DNA of 64,000 nucleotides from Chiloscyllium plagiosum. Lineage: Eukaryota. The stretch covers positions 17,792,092-17,856,091 of the forward strand of contig NC_057750.1 of assembly GCF_004010195.1 (NCBI RefSeq). The letters are read 5' to 3'. A program made the translations under genes and the position numbers. Position 1 is the first letter of the stretch. Each line of letters opens with the position of its first letter. The notes beneath the pieces are model-generated. The model was not told where the DNA came from and made no database searches. It saw nothing but the letters and a program-made list of their open reading frames with translations. This document shows positions 12,701 to 24,700 of the stretch, piece by piece.

Positions 12701-15700
12701 GCTAGATAGTGAGTATTACAGACCTTTCTCTTTGACTCAAGCATGTTAGCTTCACCCAGTAAAGTCTGTTTCAAGGTTGGCATGACTCTTTGGTGAGGTC
12801 AGGTAACTTGGCCCAGACTAATTATCTTTATCAGCTAGCCCATTGGAGTGAGCACTCTTATTTGTATGGAAGTGTCAATCTGACAAAGTGTGTCTCAGAA
12901 CGGATTAGAGAATTTTAGATATGTGACTACCAATTTGTGAAGCTCCAAGATATTAACAGCCATATGTTTCTGCTGTTGACAATGCCATGTATTTTATCAT
13001 AAACCATTTTTTGTGTAGCTGAGGAGGAGTACTTCAAAGACTTGCTCAGAGTTTAGTTTTTTTTTAAAAGACCAATTTTGTCAGTATCCCTTAATATCAT
13101 ATTTCATACGTTATGAAGATGGATCTTAATGAAGATGGATTGGCACTGCTCAGTTCAACTCCTGTTTGGCTCTGTTTTATTACCCTGCAGTGATTTTTCA
13201 GCTGATGTCATGTAATGTGATGATTTCCTGAGAGGTGTGATTAATAATGAGATGAGGTGTGTTGAAACAATTCAAACATACTGAAATGTGTTTTATCCTG
13301 TCCATACACAGTAACTCATGTGGCAACAACCCTCCCTGGAAAATTGTGTTTGGGAGTCACAAGTTCTCAATATAGTTGACTATTTTAAATTAATTTTCAG
13401 GTAGTTTATTTAGATGCTACAGTTTAGATCTGATACATTAGCTTAATATACTGGCGAAGTACATGATTCTCGATAGTTGAAAGTAGCTATCTGATAACAA
13501 AGGGTGTACGATAAAGTGTGTTTTATGATGGCAGCGTTCTGCTCTGCTGCCCAAGTGTGGGGAAACGACATCTTACTCCATCTTTCCTGGTTCATCTTCC
13601 ACCTGTAGAAGGTAACTGCTTGATGAGGACTGCCTCTGTTTGAGTGCTCATTAATATAGTTTGCTTTTAGGGGTAGGTAGTTTACCCGATGTCAACTGTT
13701 TGCATCTTACAAACGAATACAGGATAAGTATTCTTGGGTGCAGCACTCCACCCTCAAGCCTGTTTGCCTGTCACTAAGACCTTGAGGTTAGAATTTTGGT
13801 TGACTTCATACAGAGGGTTATTTCTTATCCCTTTCCAAATACAGAACAAGCTCGGTTATCTGCACATCAATTATCTGAATTTTGAATTATCCAAACAAGA
13901 TCTCAAGGTCCTGTAAATACTTCCTTTGTTGACGATTAGATCAGTTATCCAAGCAATCAGTTATCCGAGCAAAATGCTCCCTACCTGTCTCATTTGGATA
14001 ATCGAGGTTCTGTACTTGCAGAGATAAAAGAGGACAGTTGATACTGAAAGATTCGCTATCAGTTCAAGAAAACTCCAACTTCAACCTTTGTGACTATTAT
14101 CTCTATCTTATCTTGGTCCCTGACTGCTTGCTTATGCTTTTCCAGAAAGAGAGCTTGTACTGCGCCAACTACTTCAATAAGGGATCTGTGGTAATCTGTG
14201 CAGAGAATGTCTGCTGACTCGCTCAAAATACCCTCCGTATGTAAATGCAATATGTGCAGATTATCCCTTCCAATACTGTCAGTGATGTCATTCCAGCCCA
14301 TTCATATATTTATTGGGCTTATTTGGATGCTGCCTTGTTCAGTTTTAATGGCGGAGCATTTCACAAAGTGTGCATGCGCAAAACTGACCATGTATGCAGT
14401 GTGAACCTTTTCAGGGGTGTCAGGAGATGCAGCCTTCCATGATATGTTGTTAAGGAGCTCTAACCTCTTTTCCAGCTTCAGATCCAAGCTTGGCAGGAAT
14501 TTGTTATTTCTGATGTGAATCCTTGTCTAAATCTTGTTTATACTGGAATGAATGTCACCATCTCTTCCTTCTGCCTCGTAACTTTAAGAAAGATTCTCTA
14601 AATGTTACTGCTGACAGGCCAATTGGGAATCTATAAGACAAGCTTTGTTTGACCAAGCTTCACCTTTGCTGACTCTGGCTTCAATCTGCCTTTAAAGTGA
14701 TTGCAAATTATAATTTGCATTCTGGCACTGCGCTGGAAGTGTAAATGTGCTGTTTACATTATCTTCATAAACGTTTCGAAGAAATGACTGCTTTAGTTCT
14801 TGCTGCCCTGGGCTTGAGAGATATGATTTGATGTAGCATATTTACATATCAATTAGGATGTGATTTACTGAGAAACGACAGTTGACCAGCTTTAAATCAC
14901 CTGATGAAGGAGCGTCGCTCCGAAAGCTAGTGTGCTTCCAATTAAACCTGTTGGACTATAACCTGGTGTTTTGTGATTTTTAACTTTGTACACCCCAGTC
15001 CAACACCGGCATCTCCAAATCATGAGCTTTTAAATTTAGTCATCTTAAATTTTGGAGAGTATCCAAATGTCAGTGGAGAAAATGTGATGAAATTGTTCCG
15101 TGCATTTGTGTCTCCCCTTATTTCAGGAGGTGGATATGAGCTTGGCAAATGTCTTATGAATTTGCTATCTGATTCTAACTGGTGATTTCTATGATTTTTA
15201 AATACATTTGTGTATTTATGATTATTTACTGAATGAAGTTTGCATATTGACTATTCTCTAAACATCAGAAAGAACCATAGAATCCTCACTATGTGGAAGC
15301 AGGCTATTTGGCCCATTGAATCCATACCAACCCTCCAAAGAGCACCCCATCCAGACACACCCCCTACACTATCCTCATAACTCTGCATTTCCTATGGCTA
15401 ACCCACTTAGCCTGCACATCCCTGGACACTGTGGGCAATTTAGCATGGCCAATTCACCTGAACTGTGCATCTTTGGAAGAAACCCACGCAGACTGGAGGA
15501 TGTGCAAACTCCACAAAGACAATCACCCGAGGCTGGAATCGAACCTGGCTCCCTGGCGCTTTGGGGCAGCAGCACTAACCACTGAGCCACCGTGCCGCCC
15601 GGGAGTTTTGGGTGTCAGCTTTGGCCCAATTTTGAATGGAGTTTGAGATTAGAGTATTATTTTGATTATAGTATAATATTTAGTATAATCAAAGCTGTAT

Positions 15701-18700
15701 CTAAATGTAAACTTGGCCTAGAATTGATTCTCCAACTCAGTAGACAGCATTGTTTCCAAAACGTGTAACTGGGAAGGTGAATGAATGAAACATTGTGAGA
15801 GTACCATATTGGTTTTCAGTTGAGTGCTGATTACTGGGCTGTGATCCCAGGCACTGATGAATTGACGATTGTGAACAAGGTGCAGGAGTAGGCCATTCAA
15901 TCAATAAGATCATCGCTGATCTAACCTCCATTTTGCATTCCCACCTACCCAGATAACCTTCCACTGCCTTATTTAACGAGAATATATTTAATACCTTAAA
16001 GAATTTCAAGGATTCCGCCACCTTTTCAGGCAGAGAGCTCCAAAGTCTCAGGACTCTCAGGAAATTTCACCTGATCTTAGTTTAAACAGTGACCCTAGTT
16101 TTTGATTCTCCCATTAGAGGAACTACCCTCTCCACATGTACACTGTCTCAAACTACATGCCCATTAGTTTCTGCCCTCCTCTCCTTTCTTTTAATCTTTG
16201 TGCTCATCATGTGACTATATTCATGACGACTTTGACTGTTCCTCTGTCATATCCTTTGAACTCCTGAGACACTGTACCATCCTGCGATCTCACTTATAAA
16301 CCTTGAGAGTGAGACTCGCGTGTCTCCTACTTGGAACCTGAGAACGAATGAGACATCCCCCGGCTTTTCTTAACCAAAGTTTCTCGTCTTACACATATCT
16401 GGCCGGAATTGCAAGAATGCCAAATTTTAATGGGAACAATTAGACTGCATGAGGAAAGGGTGATAATTGGTTAGCATGAATACTCTAGTCATTGCTTTGA
16501 AGTTTGGTACTCTCATGTGTCCTAAGGAACCTCCTCACAGTTATTACTAAAGTTCTACACAACCAAGCAGCATTGCTCCTTCCTTCAGTCTTCAAGCTTG
16601 CAGAAACTCAAGCATAAATTGATAAAACAGGTCATTAGTATTTACAATTTAATTTGTTCTTGGGGTTGTGACTTTGATAAGATCTTGTTTTACTTCCTTT
16701 ACAATTGAATGAATAGCTTGTTGAGCATTTTGGTGGATATTCAGAAGGCTAAACCATTTACCGTGAGAGTAGACAAGTGAGTCACACTGGGTGGGTTTCC
16801 TCCCTCAGCCAAGTAGCTTTATTAATTTATTTGGTTTTGTACCAATCTTCATTTACTAGATTAATTAATTCAATTTGACCTTACCTCTAGGAGTTTTTGA
16901 TCTGCTGGTGTGACCTCTTGTGCAAATGCAAGTTCAGTTCTTAGTGGTTGAACCAAAATTCATATTTGTTTCCATTATTGTCTGTTAGGGTGATGAACTA
17001 AAAATTGGCAGGAACACAGCACAATAAAACCAGAAAATTCTCTGTTCTTCCAGGAAGAAGAGAAGCAGCCAGAGAATGAGCAGAAATTTCCAAACAAAAC
17101 CAAAGGGATGGCCACTCATTCGGTAAGTTTACTTTCCTTCTTCCCCTCCTGTTATATTGGTACGTGATTACGAGATCCATTCGTGCACTCACCTCCTTTT
17201 GCTTTGCTTTCTCTCTTACATTTCTGACCCTGCAAAAGGAATGAATCTAGATCTACACGAACATGTAGCACTGAAACGGGCCTTTCAGGTCAAGAACACA
17301 GTGCTTCTCCTCCACATGGTCCACCTACCATGTCCTCCTCTGCTCACCCTAACTCTGTTCCTTTCTTCTCCTGTTTATCTAGCTTCCCCTTAAATGTCGA
17401 TGTCAGCTTGATCCTGCATTAGCTGTAAACATCGCACCACGGAAGGAAAGAGACCATTTAACTGTGTGTCTGCTGTTGCTTTGGATCAATCTTACATCAT
17501 TCCTACTGCTCCATGTTCTCCCATTGTGCTTTCTGTTTCAGATATTTATCAATGTTTCTGTTAACATGTCTTCACCCTATCTGCTTCAAGTTAAAATGTT
17601 GAAACTATGCAGGATTGATATTTCATAAATATTTAATTTTCAATCTTTTAAAAGTTTTTCTGCCTGATTATTTTCTTTCTGTTCTGAACGCATTGATTTA
17701 AGGGATTATAAACTTGCATACTTTTTAAAAACTGGATTTCACAGCATCTCGTAATTACGTATGTTATACAAGGTGCGAACAATTAGACTATAGAGTGGTA
17801 CTTGCAGTACAGGGAACAGAGAATTCACTGCCACATGTTTTAGGCAGGAGGGGGATTATTCTAAAATATATTGTAATTCTTTTATTCTGACTGTGAGAAT
17901 CCACATGTAACATTACATTACCAATTTCAATTATCTGGACTTCATTTTCAACAACAATCACCCCCCACCACTTGACTCTCAGGCACTGATGTTCCATGTC
18001 TTCAGAGTCATTGCAGCACAAACTGTGCAGATTTTTTTTTCTTTATTGATTTACAGGATGAGGGTGTCGCTGGTTAGGCAGCATTTATTGCCCATCCCTA
18101 ATTACCCAAAGGGCAGTTAAGAGTCAACCACATTGCTGTGGGTTTGGAATCAGGCCAGACCAGGTAAGGATGGCAGTTTCCTTCCCTTAAGGATATTAGT
18201 GAATCAGATGGGTTTTTCCCCCAATGGATTCATGGTCATTGTTAGATTTTTAATTCCAGATATTTATTGAATTCAAATTCCCCCATCTGTCATGGCGGGA
18301 TTTGAACCTGGGCCCTGTTTTAAAAAATTCTCAAGGTCAAGGACCAGGCTCGCAGGAAAGTAGTCTGACACAGAACAAACAGCCAAGAGGCGAGTCTGCT
18401 AGAATATAAGTGTTTTATTCCCCGCAGCGTCGCCACAACCAGGTCTCGTACTTACAACGGGTCTGGTTTATACTCACTCTACGTGTTACCGGAACTGGGA
18501 GCCGTCAGTTCTCGTAGAGCGGTTGCCAACAACCCACGCTCGGCGGTTAAACGCAACCCCGGAGCAGACTCTACCGAACTGGAGACTTTTCCAGCTGATA
18601 TACTCTTTTCGAGATCTAAACATTCATGTGAACAGCAGAGCAAGGCTGAAAAACACATTCCATTCTGGTCACATACAGATAAGAAGATTCACACGGGAAG

Positions 18701-21700
18701 GTGTGTAATAAGATTCACACGGGACTAAGCGACACCTTCCATTTTCGGTTAGATTCACACATGTATTGGGACACAATTTTAACCCTTTCACCACAGGCCC
18801 CCAGAACATTATCTGGGTCTCTGGATTAACAGTCCAACAATAATACCACTAAGCCATCACCTCCCCATTAATGCAGAATGCAGTCATTCAGCTTGTTGAA
18901 TCTGTGGTGGCTCTTTTGAGAGCAATTCAGTCAATCCCACCCAGTTTCCTTTTGAAATCGTTAATTGTCTCCAATTCTAGAGTTTGTAGGTGGTGGGTTC
19001 CAGGTCATTGTCACTCGATGAGTAGGAATGTAATCCCCACTAAATCATTTGTGTAACTTTTTAAATTTGTGCATCCACAGTCATTGTACTGTCAGCTAAT
19101 GGTATTAGTATTTGTTTGTGTCCCTTATCTAAATCAGTGCTCCAATGTGACCTAACTAAAGTAGTATGCACCTGCCACATTACTTACCAACGTTTCTATT
19201 CTAAGGCCCTACAGGTGAAGGCAAGCATCCTTTACCACCTTATCCTCTTGTGTTGCCACTTATAAGCTATGGACTTGGACTCCAAGATCCCTATATATAT
19301 CAGTGATTCAAATGGTCTTGCCATTTACTGTGTACGTTCCTCTTAAATTTGACCTCCCAAACTGCATCACCTCACGTTTGTCTGAGTTAAAAACTACCTG
19401 CTATTTCTCCGCCCAACTCACCCGCTGTATCCTTTGACAAACTTCCTCACTATCCACACTTCCATCAATTTTTTGTGTCGTCTGTAAACTTGCTAATTAG
19501 ATCACCTACACTTTATCCAAATCATTTATGTACATAATATATATATATATATAACATATATCTATATTACACACAACAGAGGTCCCTGCATTGATCCATG
19601 TGGAACACCACTGGTCACAAACCTCCAGTTAGAAAAGCACTCCTCCACAAATAGACATTATCGATAACATTTGACCTACCCTCCTCACCGTCACTTCCTC
19701 AAAAAATTCAAGTTTGCGAGACAAGGCCTCTCCCACGCAAGCCCATGCTGACTATCTGTAATATCCCATTCTTTTCCAATTGCAAATAAATCCTGTCCCT
19801 AAGAATCTTTTCCAATAATTTCCCTATCATTGATATAAGGCTCACCAGCCTGTAATTTCCTGGATTATCCCTATTGACCATCTTAAACAAAGGATAAACA
19901 TTGGATATTCTCCAGTCTTCTGAGAACTCTCCTAGTATCTCTGTCATAGGCTCCAGCAGTCTCCTCCCTTGCCACCTTCAATATCCTGGGTTAGATCCCA
20001 TCAGGCTCTAGGGACTTAGCTACTGTAATGTTTTTCAACACACACTGTACCACTTCTTTGATATTGACATGCTGTAGAATATCAACATACCCCTCCCTGA
20101 TCTTACCTTCATCCACGTCCAGAACCTGGTGAATACCGATGTGAAGAACTCATTCAGGGTTTCATCCACTTGCTCTGGCTCCAGGCATAAGCTACCTGCT
20201 TTGTCCTTGAGTGGACCCACCCTTAGCTACCCTCATACTCCTAATTTACATATAAAATTGCTTGGGACCCTCCTTAATCTTACTTTCCAAGGGTATTTCA
20301 TGGCCCTGGTTGCCCTCCTAATTCTTTGTTTGAATTCTTCCCTTTTTCCATTATATTCCTCAAAAGCGTTATCTGATTTCAGTTTCCTAAGTCTTACATA
20401 CACTTCCTTTTTATTTTTTGACCAAACTTTTAATATCTCTCATTATCCAAGCTTGCTGAATCTTGCTCTCCTTAACTTCATCCTCGCAGGAAAATGCTGG
20501 TCCTGAACTCAGATCAACTGGCCTGGAAAAGACACCCACATGTCAGATGTGGATGTACCCTCAAACATCTGTCCCCAATCTAGTTTCTCCAATTCCTGCT
20601 AAATACTGTAGTAATTAGCCTCCCCCGCCCCATTTAGCACCTAAGCACCTATCTGTATCGATAACTGGTCTTAAAACATACAGAATAACAATCATTGTCT
20701 CCGAAATACTTCCCCACTGAAAGTTGGATCATTCATTCCCCAATATAAGGTCCAGTATGTCTCCTTCGGGGGTTTGGAATGTCTCCATAGAGTTTCAAGA
20801 TACCCTCCTGGATGTACCAACCAAATTCTGCCCCATCTAAGCCCCTGGCATTAAGGGAGTCCCTATCATTATTGGGGAAGTTAAAATCACCCACTACAAC
20901 AATGCTGTTTGTTTTCACATCTATCCATCGTCTGCCTGCATATCTTTTCCTCTCTTTCTCATTATTTGTTGCGAGGCCGATGTTACAACCCCACCATAGT
21001 GACTGCACCTTTCTTGTTCCTAAGTTCTACCCAAATAGCCTCACTGGATGAGCTCCCTGAGATGTCCCCTCTCAATACAGCTGTGACATTCTTCTTAATT
21101 AGTAATGGAACTCCCCACCATTTACATCCTCCTCTAGCTCACCTGAAACATTTAAATCCTGGAATGTTGAGCTACCCTTCTCTCAACCAAGTTTTAGTAA
21201 TGGCCACAATATTGTGGAGCTGTAAGCTCATCTCCCTTACCTGCTGTGCTCCTTGCTCTCCAGACCGCCAGTCCAGCCTTTTCATCTTGCTTTTCAACTT
21301 TTACCTCACTCCCTAAATTCCCTTTACAGAACCTCACCTTTCTTCCTGCCTATATCATTGGTACCAATATGAACCATGACCTCTGGCTGCTCACCCTCCC
21401 CTTTTGGAATGTCTCACTCAAAAGATATCCTTGTCCCTAGAGTCTCAAACTGTTTATCCTTTGCTCCTAAGATAGTCCCTCCATACCGGAGATCACCACA
21501 GTGAAATGATATATTTCCTTAAATAAGGAAACAAATCTGTTAATAGTATTCCAGACGTGATCTTTTGAGTATCTTGTACAGTTAGGTAAAAACAATGACT
21601 GCAGATGCTGGAAACCAGATTCTGGATTAGTGGTGCTGGAAAAGCACAGCAGTTCAGGCAGCATCCGACTGCTCCTCAGATACTGCCTGAACTGCTGTGC

Positions 21701-24700
21701 TTTTCCAGCATCACTAATCCAGTACCTTGTACATTTGCAGTAAAATATCCCTAATCTTATATTCCGATTGTCTTGCTATTCCAGCGTTCCATTAGCCTTC
21801 CTGATTTCACGTTGTGTGCTAGCTTTCTTTGTTTTGCACAATTTACATCCAAATGGGCGGCACGGTGGCTCCGTGGTTAGAACTGTGGCCTCACAGCGCC
21901 AGGGATCCGGGTTCGATTCCAGCCTTGGGTGACTGTGTGGAGCTTGCACATTCTCCCTGTGTCTGCATGGGTTTCCTCCGGTTGCTCCGTTTTCCTCCCA
22001 CAGTCCAAAGATGTACAGGTCAGGTGGGTTGGCCATGCTAAATTGCCCATAGTGTGAGGTGCGTTAGTCAGAGGGAAGTGGGATACTCTTCAGAGGGTCG
22101 GTGTGGACTTGTTGGGCCGAAGAGCCTGATTCCACACTGTAGGCAATCTAATCTAACCTAAAACTATTTGCTTTGCAGCTTTCTGCAAGTTTTGTCCGTT
22201 TAAGTAATTTTTTTTGTTCTCCAGTTAAAAATGAACAACTTCACATTTTCCCACATTCTACCCCATTTACTAACTTTTTGCCCACTTACTTAACCTATCA
22301 GTATCACTCTGTAAACTATTTGTCTCCCTCTGTCAACCTGGCTTTCCAGCTATTTTTGTGTCACCTGCGAATTTGGCTGTATCTGTACTACATTTACTTT
22401 CCACCAAGCCGTTGCAATATATAGTAAACAGTTGTGGCCCCAGCAGTGATTCCTGTGGAAAATCACTGTTCGTGAGTCACCAACCGTAGAAAAACCTATT
22501 ATTCCCACTCGCTGTTTCCTGCCTGTGAGCCAATTCTCTGTCTATTCCAATGTACTGGAACAACAGTGGGGCTCTCCGGACATAGCCTTTTGTGAGATAC
22601 CTTATTGCATGCCTTCTGTAAGTCCATATGCAACTCATCTGATTTCCGTATATCCAGTTTGGTTGAGACTTCCTTGAAAAATTCTGAAGAATTAGGCTGA
22701 CAAAGTTTCTCTTTCATGAACACAAAAACAAAAACAGAAATTGCTGGAAAAGCTCAGGTCCAGCAGCATCTGTGGAGAGAAACCAGATTAACGTTTCAGG
22801 CCGAGTGCCCCTTTAGACCTTTCATGAAGCCTTGACGTCTTTCCAAATATTCTGCTATTACTTCCTTCATCATTGATGCCAATAATTTTCTGACCATAGG
22901 CTAATTGGCCTATGGTTACCTGTTTTTTGCCTCCCTTCTTTCTGAATAGGGGTGCCACATTAAGCAGTTTTCGAAATCTCTGGAAGGTCTCCAGAATCCA
23001 GTGAATTCTGGAAAACTAGAAACAACACCTCTTTGTGGCTGCCTGTTTTAGGATCCTAGGAATGCAAGCTATCAGAGCCATGGGACTTAGCTACCTTCAG
23101 CCCCATTAGTTTGTCTAATACTACTTCTCTAGTGAAGTTACTTAGTTCCTTGTTTGTACTATTTTGTACTAATGGAACTTTTGAATTATCTTCCACTGTA
23201 ATGCCATTTCTTTGTTCCCAAAATAATCTCCCTAGATTCATTTTCTAAGGGTATATGTTCACTTTGACCTCTTTCTTTCTTCATTTATTTAAAGAAGGTC
23301 CATTGTCAATTTTTAAATATTCTCACTAGTTTGCTCTCATAAAGTATTTACTCTGCCTTTAGGGATAGTTTCTTAGCCTACTGGGATAAATTCCGAATGC
23401 AGCAAAGCAGGGCTGAAAAGAGCTGTCACTGACTCTGACCTCCTTTTATGCTTTCTCTTTGAACTTAATATTCTCCTTGACTTGCTTGGATAGCCACGGT
23501 TGGTTATCCCTCTCTCTGAATCTTTCCTCCTTACTGGGATGTATTTTTGCTGAGAGTCATGAGTTTCTTCCTTAAATATCTGGCACTGCTTGCTTACTGT
23601 CATTGCTGCTTATCTCAGAGAAAGTAAGGACTACAGATGCTAGAGGTCGGAGTCAAAAAGCATGTCGCTGGAAAAGCACAGCAGGTCAGGCATTCCTGAC
23701 GAAGGGCTTATGCCCGAAACGTCAACTCTCCTCAGATGCTGCCTGTCCTGCTGTGCTTCTCCAGCGCCATGCTTTTTGATTCCTGCTAATCGATCTATCC
23801 ATTTCACTTTAGCTAACTCAATCTTTATTTCACTGTAATTCCCTCCAAGTTGAACGTAGTTGTTTCTGAAACATGTTTCTCATTCTCAAACTGCGTATGA
23901 GATGTTATGATCACTACTTCCTTTTTTTAAAACTCTATGGTCATTTATTAAGCCTGTGTTATTACCCAGTACTAGATCCCATGTAGAAAACTATCGAGAA
24001 TGCACTCGATGAATTTATTGTTGTAGTTACCCTTTCCAATTTGACTAACCCAGTCAACATAAAGATTAAAGTTACCCATAATTCTTGCTGTCTGTTTACA
24101 TGCTCTTATTTGTTGATTTATAGTCTTTCCAACAGTGTGTTTCGGGGTCTGTACACTACTCCTTTTCCTTGCTGTATGTTTTTTTTTAGCCTCTGCCCAA
24201 ACAGACTCTGCATCATCTTAGGCTAGATCATCTCAAGCAGCTGTCCTCATTTCATTTTTTATTAACAGCACTACCCCACCACCTCTTCCATCCCTCCCAT
24301 CTCTCTGAAAAGTCAAATATCCCTGAATATTGCATTACCAGTTTTGGTCTCCTTGCAGTCATTCCATAATGGCATGTTCGTTCATGTCAGTTTGCTGTCA
24401 GTTCGTTTACCTTAGTCAGAATGCTTTGTGCGTTAAGATACAAAGTCCTTAAGCTTGTTATATTATTGAATTTCTCACCACTTTTATGATTACTTGGTCC
24501 AAAATAACATTTGCACATTCTGTCCCTTCCTTTTGTTTTCTGGTAACAGTGAACCCTGTCATTAACCTACATTTCTACCTTCAATTTTATAATTTGCCAT
24601 TCGACTCAACGCATCCCTCCACTATTTACCTTCAACCCTATTCACAGCCATAGTTATGCAATTTGCCAGGATTCTGATCCAGCCCCCATTGGAACAGCTC

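Noticed and set aside
21855..21925. tRNA gene
   Set aside because: tRNA-like head of a multi-copy SINE, continuous with the SINE body.
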